From Lachnospiraceae bacterium (GTDB lineage: Bacteria; Bacillota; Clostridia; Lachnospirales; Lachnospiraceae): a stretch of DNA of 64,000 nt. The translations under genes were made by a program, and so were the position numbers. The notes beneath the pieces are model-generated. The model saw only the letters and a program-made list of their open reading frames with translations, ran no database searches and was not told the DNA's origin. Every line of letters begins with the position of its first letter. Position 1 is the first letter of the stretch. The DNA lies in assembly GCA_900769175.1 (NCBI GenBank), contig CAAGFP010000108.1, positions 1,107 to 65,106 on the forward strand. Reading direction: 5' to 3'. Positions 8,055-17,273 of the stretch are shown in pieces.

Positions 8055-9599
8055 CTATTCAAACTCTATCGTTCCAGGCGGTTTACTCGTCAAATCATAA
8101 AATACCCTGTTCACACCTCTGACCTCATTAATAATTCGGCTCATAACCGTCTGAAGAACAGCGAATGGAATCTCCGCCGCTTCGGCAGTCATGAAATCAA
8201 TCGTATTAACCGCTCTGAGCGCCACCGCATAATCATAGGTTCTCTCATCGCCCATAACGCCCACGCTTCTGACATTCGTAAGAACCGCAAAATACTGTCC
8301 GAGCGATTTATCAAGGCCGGCCTTTGCAATTTCTTCCCGATAAATATAATCCGCATCCTGAACGATACGAACCTTGTCCGCAGTTACTTCACCAATGATT
8401 CTGATTCCGAGGCCGGGGCCGGGGAATGGCTGACGGAACACGAGGTATTCCGGAATTCCAAGTTCTAATCCGGCCTTGCGGACCTCGTCCTTAAATAAAT
8501 CTCTTAGTGGCTCGATGATTTCTTTGAAATCCACGCAATCAGGGAGTCCGCCGACGTTGTGATGCGATTTTATCACAGCAGATTCACCGCCAAGACCGCT
8601 TTCTACCACATCCGGGTAAATCGTTCCCTGCACGAGGAAATCCACAGCGCCGATTTTCTTTGCTTCCTCTTCAAATACGCGGATGAATTCCTCTCCGATT
8701 ATTTTTCTTTTTTCTTCAGGCTCTGTTACGCCTGCAAGTTTTTCATAATACCTTTCCTGTGCGTTTACACGGATAAAATTAAGATCATAATTTCCGTTTG
8801 GTCCGAAAACCGCCTCAACCTCATCGCCTTCATTTTTTCTTAAAAGACCATGATCGACAAATACGCAAGTAAGTTGTTTTCCGATAGCTTTTGAAAGTAA
8901 AACCGCTGCAACGGATGAATCTACGCCGCCGGATAAGGCACATAAAACTTTTCCGTTTCCGACCTTTTCGCGAATCGCCTGAATCGAGGTTTCCACAAAA
9001 GAATCCATTCTCCAGTCACCGGCGCAACCACAGATATCATGCACAAAATTCGAAAGCATTTTCGTACCTTCTTTGGTATGAAGCACCTCCGGATGAAACT
9101 GGATTAAATACAACCCTTTCTGAGTATCTTCTGCTGCTGCATATGGGCAGTTCTCAGAATGTGCAACGCCCTTAAATCCGGGAGCAAGCTTTGAAATATA
9201 ATCAAAATGGCTCATCCAGACAACCGTTTCTTTTTCAACATTCGTAAACAGTTTGGAAGAAGGATCGAGCGTCACATTCGTCTTCCCGTATTCTCTCATG
9301 CTTGCTCTTTCCACCTTACCGCCAAGCACAAGGCTCATAAGCTGGGCTCCGTAGCAAAGTCCCAGCACCGGAATTCCCAGTTCGAACAATTCTTTTGAAC
9401 AGCTCGGAGCGCCTTCCTCGTAACAACTGTTCGGCCCACCGGTCAGAATAATCCCCTTCGGATTCATTTCTTTTATTTTTTGAATGTCCGTCTTATAAGA
9501 ATATATTTCGCAATATACATTACATTCCCTGACGCGACGTGCAATCAGCTGGTTATACTGACCGCCAAAATCAATTACAATGACTGTTTCTCTTTTCAT
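8055..9599 (-). CDS. guaA: GMP synthase (glutamine-hydrolysing)
   Basis: 514 aa with an N-terminal class-I glutamine amidotransferase domain, the ATP-pyrophosphatase 'SGGVDSSV' P-loop, and the conserved C-terminus 'PPGTIEFE'. Confidence 0.95.
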   Translation of the reverse strand: MKRETVIVIDFGGQYNQLIARRVRECNVYCEIYSYKTDIQKIKEMNPKGIILTGGPNSCYEEGAPSCSKELFELGIPVLGLCYGAQLMSLVLGGKVERASMREYGKTNVTLDPSSKLFTNVEKETVVWMSHFDYISKLAPGFKGVAHSENCPYAAAEDTQKGLYLIQFHPEVLHTKEGTKMLSNFVHDICGCAGDWRMDSFVETSIQAIREKVGNGKVLCALSGGVDSSVAAVLLSKAIGKQLTCVFVDHGLLRKNEGDEVEAVFGPNGNYDLNFIRVNAQERYYEKLAGVTEPEEKRKIIGEEFIRVFEEEAKKIGAVDFLVQGTIYPDVVESGLGGESAVIKSHHNVGGLPDCVDFKEIIEPLRDLFKDEVRKAGLELGIPEYLVFRQPFPGPGLGIRIIGEVTADKVRIVQDADYIYREEIAKAGLDKSLGQYFAVLTNVRSVGVMGDERTYDYAVALRAVNTIDFMTAEAAEIPFAVLQTVMSRIINEVRGVNRVFYDLTSKPPGTIEFE

Positions 9600-9651
9600 T
9601 CAAGCTCCGTTTCCGCAGTAAACTGCTATCTTATGTGGCTTTTTCAGTCCA

Positions 9652-9690
9652 TATTATAAAACTGAATATTTTTCGCTTCAAGTTTTTTCT
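9652..9690 (-). promoter_or_regulatory. putative sigma-A promoter of guaA (-35 TTGAAG, 17-nt spacer, -10 TATAAT; minus-strand sense)
   Basis: The reverse complement reads 'cTTGAAGcgaaaaatattcagtttTATAATatgg', about 55 nt upstream of the guaA ATG. Confidence 0.45.
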
Positions 9691-9812
9691 TTTATTCTTA
9701 TAAAATATTTTGTTTCTTTTCTTCAAATTTTTTCTTTTATCCTAATAAAATAATGTTTCTTTTCTTCAAATTTTTCTTTTATTCCAATAAAATATTTTGT
9801 TTCTTTTCTTAC
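9690..9812. repeat. three tandem ~45-bp AT-rich repeat units between spoIIID and guaA
   Basis: Unit consensus is 'ttcaaRttttttcttttatYcYWataaaataWtttgtttcttttc'. The units are contiguous. Each unit, read in guaA sense, carries a TTTGAA(G) -35-like hexamer. The array ends at the spoIIID stop codon. Confidence 0.7.
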
Positions 9813-9814
9813 AT

Positions 9815-10096
9815 TCAATTTATTGTTCCCGTTTCTGCAGCTTTCTTCGGACGTCCGCTGTATTTTTCTTTCGTAGCCATTCCTCCCCGAATATGCCGCT
9901 CTGATTTATTCACATCCAAAACCTCACGAACCTGACGGGCCAGAATAGGGTCAATGGACATGATTCGATACGTAATATCCTGATGAATACTGCTTTTACT
10001 GATTCCGAATTTCTTTGCTGCCTGCCTGACTGTAGCCTTAGATTCGATTATGTATAAAGCCACCTCAATGGCGCGTTCTTCTATATATTTTTTCAC
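9815..10096 (-). CDS. spoIIID: stage III sporulation protein D (mother-cell transcription factor)
   Basis: 93 aa. 'MKKYIEERAIEVALYIIESKATVRQAAKKFGISKSSIHQDITYR...' aligns with the SpoIIID HTH core. Length and basic C-terminus ('IRGGMATKEKY') match. Confidence 0.85.
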   Translation of the reverse strand: MKKYIEERAIEVALYIIESKATVRQAAKKFGISKSSIHQDITYRIMSIDPILARQVREVLDVNKSERHIRGGMATKEKYSGRPKKAAETGTIN

Positions 10097-10139
10097 AGAA
10101 TGCCTCTATTGCTTTTTTACATCCTATGAATCAACCGGA

Positions 10140-10260
10140 TAAAATATTCCTATCGCGCGAGTGCGCATCCTTCGCGGAGCGTTTGTTATGTAATAGAAAA
10201 TTCGGGGGAATTTCCTATTACATAACAAAACACGGCAAAGAAACATTCTTTGCCGTGTAA
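10140..10260. repeat. intergenic composite of terminator hairpin (10231-10257), a second 11-bp-arm hairpin (10186-10228) and GC-rich 'box A' motif (10146-10166)
   Basis: 'cgcgcgagtgcgcatccttcgcggagc' recurs at 22988 and 43133. 'cacggcaaagaaacattctttgccgtg' is a classic terminator downstream of the preceding gene. Confidence 0.6.
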
Positions 10261-10272
10261 ACGAATCATTCT

Positions 10273-11433
10273 CTATTTCGTAATGGTAATAATGGATTCG
10301 AGGTAATTATTTACGGTATAGGCCATTGCTGCCTGGTAAATATATCCTCTTCCGTAAATCTCTTCCTGCTGTTTGTAGTAGGTCGGATCTACGCCCAGTG
10401 CGGACAATGCTTCATTGATATCATCGCTTGAAACCTCAAGTCCTGCATCTTCATAAATTGCCTGAATTCTTAAGTAATCCTCAATTCTGCTTTCTGCCTG
10501 GGTACGAAGACTTGCTTCATATTCCTTACTGGAAGAACCGGTATATTCCGCAAATGTTCCGGTATAGCCATAACTGTTTTTATACAAATCATACATTCTT
10601 TCATCGTTATATTTGATGGTACCCATAACATTCTTGACATATTTCTCAGGATAAGAATTAATCGGCGTATTATTATTTACAAAGTCGGAAATATATTTTT
10701 CCAGATTCTCCTGATAAACGGACTCTTTGTACTGCTTTAAGTATGCATCCTTTGTTAATGCCTTATCCGAAAGATTCTTTGCTACGAATTCGTCATCGAA
10801 TTCAGGGGTTTCATAAATACCGTTTAGTGTGATTGCAAATACTGCAGGCTTTCCGGCAAGCTCCGTATTTCCGTAATCTTCCGGGAAAGTAACATTGATA
10901 TCAAAGCTGTCACCGATATATTTACCAACTAACTGTTCTTCAAATCCTTCAATGTATGAGCCGCTTCCGATAACAAGTTCGGTACCTGCTCCGTCGGTAC
11001 TTCCTCCTTCAAAAGGCACACCGTCTACGGAACCTTCATAATCAAGATTGATTTTATCTCCGTTTTTGACTGCAACTCTTTCAGGATTAATGTCCTGATA
11101 CTCACTTAAGAGACTGTCAATGTGGGATTGAATTTCTTCTTCGGTTGGATACAGTTCTTCTTCGGAGACGGTCATGTTCTTATAGTCACAAAGTGTTACA
11201 TAATCCGTTGCTTTCACATCCGTGATTGTTCCGTCATCATTCAATCCTACCGAGAAATCCGATTCCGCACGGGTTAAAATGAAATTATTATAAACAATCA
11301 GTGTCGCAATTCCTCCGACAATCCCAAGAACAATGATGGCTGAAATTGCAATCGAAAGTACCTTTTTCATTTTGGCTTTACGAATTGCCTTTTCCCTGTT
11401 CTTCTTTTGTAACTCTCTTTTTTCTTTACTCAT
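10273..11433 (-). CDS. membrane-anchored trigger-factor-like FKBP-type peptidyl-prolyl isomerase
   Basis: 386 aa. A basic N-terminus plus one TM helix ('VLSIAISAIIVLGIVGGIATLIV') replaces the ribosome-binding domain. The trigger-factor PPIase signature 'GDKINLDYEGSVDGVPFEGGSTDGAGTELVIGSGSYIEGFEEQLVGK' is present, and a trigger-factor-like C-terminal domain follows. Confidence 0.6.
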   Translation of the reverse strand: MSKEKRELQKKNREKAIRKAKMKKVLSIAISAIIVLGIVGGIATLIVYNNFILTRAESDFSVGLNDDGTITDVKATDYVTLCDYKNMTVSEEELYPTEEEIQSHIDSLLSEYQDINPERVAVKNGDKINLDYEGSVDGVPFEGGSTDGAGTELVIGSGSYIEGFEEQLVGKYIGDSFDINVTFPEDYGNTELAGKPAVFAITLNGIYETPEFDDEFVAKNLSDKALTKDAYLKQYKESVYQENLEKYISDFVNNNTPINSYPEKYVKNVMGTIKYNDERMYDLYKNSYGYTGTFAEYTGSSSKEYEASLRTQAESRIEDYLRIQAIYEDAGLEVSSDDINEALSALGVDPTYYKQQEEIYGRGYIYQAAMAYTVNNYLESIITITK

Positions 11434-11458
11434 TCCAATCTTCCTCCCTTTTTGGAAT

Positions 11459-13120
11459 CTATTTTTTCGAATCTGCGTTGCGGATTTCTGCTCTCTTTAT
11501 TTTTCCGCCCAGTGTTTTCGGTAATTCATCAACAAATTCCACAATACGGGGATATTTGTAAGGTGCTGTTGCATGTTTTACATGATCCTGCAGTTCTTTA
11601 ATCAGCGCATCGGAAGGCTCATAGCCTTTTGCCAATACCACGGTTGCCTTAACAACCTGTCCGCGAATCGGGTCAGGTGCTGCGGTAATGGCACATTCAA
11701 CAACAGCCGGATGCTCTACCAGAGCGCTTTCTACTTCGAAAGGTCCGATCCGGTATCCGGAGCATTTTATCACATCATCATGACGACCGACAAACCAATG
11801 ATATCCGTCATTGTCTCTCCATGCAACATCCTTTAAATTATAATTTCCGGTTCCGAGCGCCTCTTTTGTAAGTTCTTCATCATTATAATAGCCGACAAAC
11901 AGTCCTACCGGAGGATTTTTGTCAACTCCGCAAATTACAATTTCACCTTCCTCACCATTCTCACACTCTTTTCCTTCCGCATTCATAAGTTTGATATCAT
12001 AGATCGGTGAAGGTTTTCCGAGCGTTCCGGGTTTTGCTTCAAACCATTCAAAGTTTGCGATTAGAACCGTTCCTTCCGACTGTCCGAAACCGGAAGCAAT
12101 TTTATGTCCGGTCAGTTTCTCCCATTGATTGAACACTTCAGGATTCAACGGTTCTCCCGCTGTGCTCCAATGTGCAACGGAGGATAAATCATAAGATGCA
12201 ACATCTTCCTGAAGCATAAACCGATACATGGTCGGAGGCGCACAGAAGGTGGTAAGTTTATACTTTTCAATCATACGCAAAAGATTTGTGGGAACGAATT
12301 TGTCCATATCATAAGCAAAAATCGTTGCTCCGCAAATCCATTGTCCGTAAATCTTACCCCATCCGAATTTCGCCCAGCCGGAATCGGAAACGCTCATGTG
12401 AAGCTTATTTTCCTGAACTCTCTGCCAATACAGGGCCGTTACAATGTGCCCTAAGGGATGAAGGTAATTATGGCAAACCATTTTGGGCATACCGGTCGTT
12501 CCGGAAGTAAAATAAATCTGCATAATGTCTTCATTCTTTGTAGCCTTATCACCTACAGGGCGTTCAAAGGTATCCGGATACTTTTTGAATTCCTCATTGA
12601 AATTAATCCAGCCTTCGCGGTCTTCATTGATTACTGCGATATGACGGATACAAGGTGCTTCGGGACGGGCAAGTTCCATCTGCTCCATTACATAAGCATC
12701 GTTGATGCATACAAACATTTCAATATTCGCTGCATTGGCACGGTATGCGATATCTTTCTTTGTCAGCTGAAGGGTTCCTGGAACTAAAATCGCGCCAAGC
12801 TTAATCAATGCAACCGCACATACCCAGTATTCCCAACGTCTTCTTAAAATTAACATGACAACCGAGCCTTTTTTGATTCCTTTATCTGCAAAAAAGTTTG
12901 CAGCCTGATTGGAAAGCAGACTCAGCTCACGGAATGTAAAGGAACGTTCCTCTCCATGGTCATTACACCATAAAAGTGCACGCTTATTGCGGTCTTCATT
13001 CGCCCATCCATCTACGATATCGAATCCGAAATTGAAATTCTTCGGGATGTTTACTTTATAATTTGCAATAAAATCTTCATATGAATCAAAATCAATTCTT
13101 GGTAAATATTTCTCTAACAT
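11459..13120 (-). CDS. AMP-forming acyl-CoA synthetase (acetyl/medium-chain acyl-CoA synthetase-like)
   Basis: The AMP-binding motif 'YFTSGTTGMPK', 'GQSEGT' and a C-terminal 'GKIKRAEIR' lysine are present. The start is chosen at MLEKYL, which has a GAGAGGAAG RBS. The longer six-frame ORF would overlap the upstream regulator. Confidence 0.8.
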   Translation of the reverse strand: MLEKYLPRIDFDSYEDFIANYKVNIPKNFNFGFDIVDGWANEDRNKRALLWCNDHGEERSFTFRELSLLSNQAANFFADKGIKKGSVVMLILRRRWEYWVCAVALIKLGAILVPGTLQLTKKDIAYRANAANIEMFVCINDAYVMEQMELARPEAPCIRHIAVINEDREGWINFNEEFKKYPDTFERPVGDKATKNEDIMQIYFTSGTTGMPKMVCHNYLHPLGHIVTALYWQRVQENKLHMSVSDSGWAKFGWGKIYGQWICGATIFAYDMDKFVPTNLLRMIEKYKLTTFCAPPTMYRFMLQEDVASYDLSSVAHWSTAGEPLNPEVFNQWEKLTGHKIASGFGQSEGTVLIANFEWFEAKPGTLGKPSPIYDIKLMNAEGKECENGEEGEIVICGVDKNPPVGLFVGYYNDEELTKEALGTGNYNLKDVAWRDNDGYHWFVGRHDDVIKCSGYRIGPFEVESALVEHPAVVECAITAAPDPIRGQVVKATVVLAKGYEPSDALIKELQDHVKHATAPYKYPRIVEFVDELPKTLGGKIKRAEIRNADSKK

Positions 13121-13146
13121 TTTTTCTTCCTCTCTGTGTTGCACAA

Positions 13147-13707
13147 TTACTCTGCAATCACAGTCAGGAATGTTGCAGGTTCTAATCCGCCGCATTTCTG
13201 GCCGTGAGGGTAATTGGGATTAAAATAGATACTGTCGCCTTTATGTAATTCAATCTCTTTGTCACCAAAGGTGACCACGACGACTCCCTCTAAGACCAGA
13301 TTAAACTCTTCGCCTCTGTGCGCTACCAGTTCTGCGGGTTTATCCGAAGGATCCAGAGTAACAAGGAAGGGTTGCATAATTTCATTGGAATAGTGATATG
13401 CAAGATCCTCGAATTTATACCCCGGGAAACGTTCGGTATCAAATCCCTCGCCGGCACGAACCACCTGATATGTATTTAATTTCGCAGAAACACCGGTAAT
13501 AATCTCACTGAAATCCACCTTATATTCCTTTGAAAGCTGGTAAATTACATTAATGGGAATTCCTTCTCCATCTGTTTCATACTGGCGGTAAGTTGCCACG
13601 GGCACACCAACTCGGGCGGCAATTTCTTCCTGGGAATAGCCGCAGATTTCGCGAAGTTCTTTGATGCGCATTGCGATTTCTTTAATTTCGTCCATACCGT
13701 CCTCCAT
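13147..13707 (-). CDS. XRE-family HTH regulator with C-terminal cupin domain
   Basis: HTH 'IKELREICGYSQEEIAARVGVPVATYRQYE' is followed by cupin motifs ('LVLEGVVVVTFGDKEIELHKGDSIYFNPNYPHG'). Confidence 0.75.
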   Translation of the reverse strand: MEDGMDEIKEIAMRIKELREICGYSQEEIAARVGVPVATYRQYETDGEGIPINVIYQLSKEYKVDFSEIITGVSAKLNTYQVVRAGEGFDTERFPGYKFEDLAYHYSNEIMQPFLVTLDPSDKPAELVAHRGEEFNLVLEGVVVVTFGDKEIELHKGDSIYFNPNYPHGQKCGGLEPATFLTVIAE

Positions 13708-13740
13708 TTAAGCATAACATTCAGGGCAACATCAGTTGTC

Positions 13741-14274
13741 TTAAATGTCCATTCCAATCTGTAAAGCCTTCTGGTTTAATTCAAGCATGGCCGCCTTTTT
13801 GGCAGGTACCACCTTCTTGATAGCCCCATCAAGCGCTTCTTTTGAGCAAAAGCCTACTTCTTTGAACATCTTACCTACTAAAATGATGATGGCGCAACTC
13901 TTCATGCCATTTTCATCTGCAATTCTGGTAGCATCCACATAATATACATTTACATCGGTACGAGTTACTTTCTCGTCTACCATGGAGCTGTCGACAAGAA
14001 TCGTTCCGCCGGGAACAACCGCATCAACGAATTTATCAAGTGACGGACGGTTCATTGCAATTAATATGTCCGGAGCGGTTACCAAAGGAGAACCGATGGG
14101 ATCATCACTTAACACAACGCTGCAGTTACAGGTTCCGCCACGCATTTCCGGTCCGTAGGAAGGGAGCCAGGATAATTCTCTGTTATCAAGAAGTCCTGAA
14201 TAAGCTATCGTTTTACCGGCAAACAGAATACCCTGTCCGCCAAAGCCTGCTAATAATACGTTTGTAGTAGCCAT
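13741..14274 (-). CDS. 2-oxoacid:ferredoxin oxidoreductase, gamma subunit
   Basis: 177 aa. 'LLAGFGGQGILFAGKTIA' is the typical POR/KOR gamma N-terminus. It follows the beta subunit without a gap. Confidence 0.85.
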   Translation of the reverse strand: MATTNVLLAGFGGQGILFAGKTIAYSGLLDNRELSWLPSYGPEMRGGTCNCSVVLSDDPIGSPLVTAPDILIAMNRPSLDKFVDAVVPGGTILVDSSMVDEKVTRTDVNVYYVDATRIADENGMKSCAIIILVGKMFKEVGFCSKEALDGAIKKVVPAKKAAMLELNQKALQIGMDI

Positions 14275-15029
14275 TATTTATCCTCTCCTTTCGCTGTAAC
14301 ATCTTTGTATACTCCCAAAGGATAATAAGGAAGCATGTTATCCTGAAGCCACTTAATTGCTTCATCCGGAGAAAGTCCCCAGTTTGTCGGGCAGGTGGAA
14401 ACCACTTCAATAATGGAATATCCTCTTTTATTAATCTGATTCTCAAAACCTTTTTTGATTGCTTTCTTTGCTTCTCTGACGTGAGCGACATTATCAACGG
14501 TTACACGCTGTGCAAGTGCGGTTCCGGATAAGGTGGAAAGAAGTTCGCACACACGAATCGGGTAACCTGCCACGGAAGTGTCACGTCCGTAAGGTGAGGT
14601 CTGTGTAATCTGGCCCGGAAGAGAGGTAGGAGCCATCTGTCCGCCTGTCATTCCGTAGATTGCATTATTGATAAAGATAACGGTGATGTTTTCCCCTCTG
14701 GTTGCGGCGTGAACGGTTTCTGCCATACCGATTGCGGCAAGGTCACCATCACCCTGATAGGTAAACACAACATTCTCGGGAATCGCTCTTTTTAAACCGG
14801 TTGCAACTGCGGGCGCACGTCCGTGAGCAGCCTGAACCATGTCACAGTTAAAATAATTATAACTGAATACGGAACATCCTACCGAAGCAACACCTACTGC
14901 CTGTCCCTCTACTCCAAGTTCATCTAATACTTCTGCTACCAGACGATGTACAATACCATGTGTACATCCGGGGCAGTAATGAAAAGGCACATCTGATAAT
15001 GCCTTGGGTTTTTCAAATACTACAGCCAT
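14274..15029 (-). CDS. 2-oxoacid:ferredoxin oxidoreductase, beta subunit (TPP-binding)
   Basis: 'HYCPGCTHGIV' cysteine motif and the TPP-binding 'GDGD' ('TYQGDGDLAAIG'). Confidence 0.9.
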   Translation of the reverse strand: MAVVFEKPKALSDVPFHYCPGCTHGIVHRLVAEVLDELGVEGQAVGVASVGCSVFSYNYFNCDMVQAAHGRAPAVATGLKRAIPENVVFTYQGDGDLAAIGMAETVHAATRGENITVIFINNAIYGMTGGQMAPTSLPGQITQTSPYGRDTSVAGYPIRVCELLSTLSGTALAQRVTVDNVAHVREAKKAIKKGFENQINKRGYSIIEVVSTCPTNWGLSPDEAIKWLQDNMLPYYPLGVYKDVTAKGEDK

Positions 15030-15031
15030 GA

Positions 15032-16096
15032 TTATTTCTCCTTTCCTGCTAATGCGCGAATCTGATCCAATACTTCAGCGGGGGTGGGAATAACACCACC
15101 GGTACGTCCGAAGAAGGATACATTCTTGCGTCCGTCTACAACAAGACGAACATCTTCAACCATCTGACCCATATTCATTTCAACTACAAGATACTCTCTT
15201 GTCCGGTCAATTGTCTTTTCGAAAGTCTTGTTGGGGAAAGGCCAGAGAGTAATCGGGCGAATCATTCCCGCCTTGATACCTTCTGCTCTTGCCTGCATAA
15301 CCGCGCTTCTGGATACTCGTGAGGAAGCACCGAATGCAACAACGACATATTCGGCATCTTCCATCATAAATTCCTCAGCACGCTGTTCGTTTTCTTTTAT
15401 CTTTTCATATCTTTGATATCTTTCGATAACCAGATCTTCCAGCTCTTCCGGCTTAATATAAAGAGAGTTAATGATATTCTTCTCTCTCTTATTGTGATGT
15501 CCGCATGCAGCCCACGGTTTTTCAGGAATTGCTTCCTCTCTCTTTTCAGGGAATTCAACGGGCTCCATCATCTGTCCAAGCATACCGTCTGATAGAATCA
15601 TTGCAGGAACTCTGTATTTCTCACCTACTTCAAAAGCAAGGGGAACAAAGTCCACCATTTCCTGAATGGTAGAAGGTGCAAGTACAAAAAGCTGGAAATC
15701 GCCATGTCCCAAAGCCTTGGTTGCCTGCCAGTAATCGGACTGGGAAGGCTGGATTCCGCCGAGTCCCGGGCCGCCACGCTGAACATTGATGATAAGTGCG
15801 GGAAGATCGGAGCCTGCAATATAAGATACCCCTTCTGATTTCAGGCTGACTCCGGGGGAACTGGATGAAGTCATGGCGCGGATACCTGCTGCGGTTGCGC
15901 CCAATACCATGTTGATTGCTGCTACTTCTGATTCTGCCTGAAGGAAAACTCCTCCTTCTTTGGGCAGACGTTTTGACATATATGCCGCGATTTCGGTCTG
16001 CGGTGTAATCGGATAACCAAAGTAATGCTTACAGCCACACTGGATTGCAGCTTCCGCTAATGCTTCGTTTCCTTTCATTAATACTTTTTCTGACAT
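15032..16096 (-). CDS. 2-oxoacid:ferredoxin oxidoreductase, alpha subunit
   Basis: 'MKGNEALAEAAIQCGCKHYFGYPITPQTEI' is the canonical KorA/PorA N-terminus. 354 aa. Confidence 0.9.
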   Translation of the reverse strand: MSEKVLMKGNEALAEAAIQCGCKHYFGYPITPQTEIAAYMSKRLPKEGGVFLQAESEVAAINMVLGATAAGIRAMTSSSSPGVSLKSEGVSYIAGSDLPALIINVQRGGPGLGGIQPSQSDYWQATKALGHGDFQLFVLAPSTIQEMVDFVPLAFEVGEKYRVPAMILSDGMLGQMMEPVEFPEKREEAIPEKPWAACGHHNKREKNIINSLYIKPEELEDLVIERYQRYEKIKENEQRAEEFMMEDAEYVVVAFGASSRVSRSAVMQARAEGIKAGMIRPITLWPFPNKTFEKTIDRTREYLVVEMNMGQMVEDVRLVVDGRKNVSFFGRTGGVIPTPAEVLDQIRALAGKEK

Positions 16097-16149
16097 TTCT
16101 TTATCTCCTTTCAGACTGCGGGAATTCTCTTCCCAATTCCTGTGTAAAC

Positions 16150-16356
16150 TTATCTTTCGACTTTAATTGCAACATCCGGACACATAATCGCGCATGATGC
16201 ACAACCGACACACTGGGACTGATCCGTAATTTCAGAAGGGTGGTACCCTTTTGCGTTGATTCTTTCCGGGGAAAGAACAAGCAATTGCTTCGGACAAGCC
16301 TTTACACACATTCCACAGCCTTTGCAAAGTGCTTCATTGATGGTGATTTTAGCCAT
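16150..16356 (-). CDS. 2-oxoacid:ferredoxin oxidoreductase delta subunit (2 x [4Fe-4S] ferredoxin)
   Basis: 68 aa with two CxxCxxCxxxCP motifs ('CKGCGMCVKACP', 'CVGCASCAIMCP'). Confidence 0.85.
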   Translation of the reverse strand: MAKITINEALCKGCGMCVKACPKQLLVLSPERINAKGYHPSEITDQSQCVGCASCAIMCPDVAIKVER

Positions 16357-17161
16357 GTTTCTGTTCCTCTCTTTCTCTTAATGTAAACTCCGGATACTCC
16401 CACGGAGCTTTTACATATATTTCTAAAGGGATAAAATCCTCTTCGCTGCCTTCTACTCTCTGACGCACTCGGTCATCTTTCATTAAATATTTCGGAATGG
16501 TCGTTCCCGTCAAAGGAATTCCGGCCAACTGTGCAGTTTCCTTTGCGTAATCGAGTGAATTCGCAATTACTTCCCACGTTGTTTCCTGTTTTAAATGGGA
16601 ATTATTGATAATCTGCGTCGCCTTAAGGCGCGATGCTGCTTCAATTTCTCTCAGAATCTGAACGGACTCTTCCGGGGTTACCGTCAGATTCCGGTATTGA
16701 TTAATCAGATAAATCATCTGATAATCGATCTGATTTAACTGAGACCGGAAACGCCCCAAAACCGTAGAGCCTGCATCATCTCCGCCGACATCCATAACCA
16801 CGTCACAGTCAGTCTCAAAAATAGTATTCATTTCCGCCGGTAAAGCGGGGATATCGACATTGGTATTGGCATAAATCGGCGAAATAACCCGAATGCCGTT
16901 TGCCGAAAGCAGGTCTTTATAGCCGGAAGATAAAAAGTATGGGTTCACCAAATCAAGGTCGAGCATCATCACTTTTCTTCCCTCTTTTGCAAGCTTCATG
17001 GCAAGATTAATGGAGAAATTGCTTTTCCCGCAGCCATAATGACCGCAAACAATATAAAATTTTCGCTGTTGTGCCAACTTCTCACTTCCTCTCACATTCC
17101 GAAATTCCTGATAGGTCGTAAAATGTCCGGATTCGGTTTGGAATCTGCTAAATTCCCTCAA
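16349..17161 (-). CDS. P-loop NTPase of unknown function, translationally coupled to the kor operon
   Basis: Classical Walker A 'CGHYGCGKS' plus a Walker-B-like 'VMMLDLDLV'. 270 aa. The stop overlaps korD by 8 nt. It does not match MinD/CooC deviant Walker A (no KGGxGK). Confidence 0.5.
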   Translation of the reverse strand: MREFSRFQTESGHFTTYQEFRNVRGSEKLAQQRKFYIVCGHYGCGKSNFSINLAMKLAKEGRKVMMLDLDLVNPYFLSSGYKDLLSANGIRVISPIYANTNVDIPALPAEMNTIFETDCDVVMDVGGDDAGSTVLGRFRSQLNQIDYQMIYLINQYRNLTVTPEESVQILREIEAASRLKATQIINNSHLKQETTWEVIANSLDYAKETAQLAGIPLTGTTIPKYLMKDDRVRQRVEGSEEDFIPLEIYVKAPWEYPEFTLREREEQKHG

Positions 17162-17273
17162 ATTATGTTTAAAAAAACTGTATGTTAAAAAATCTTAACA
17201 CAGACATTTCCATAAATCAATAAATCCTGCAGGATATTCCTGTTTTCTCTTTGCAGGATATTCCTATTTTCTT

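Noticed and set aside
9600-9690. Purine riboswitch upstream of guaA
   Set aside because: The leader is only ~55 nt from the predicted -10 to the ATG. It lacks the conserved purine-aptamer junction sequences (e.g. UAUA...GGGCACCGUAAAUGUCCGACUAUG-like core).
9690-9812. CRISPR array
   Set aside because: The units are contiguous with no unique spacers. They are AT-rich and non-palindromic, there are only three copies, and there are no cas genes. This is a simple tandem duplication of promoter sequence.
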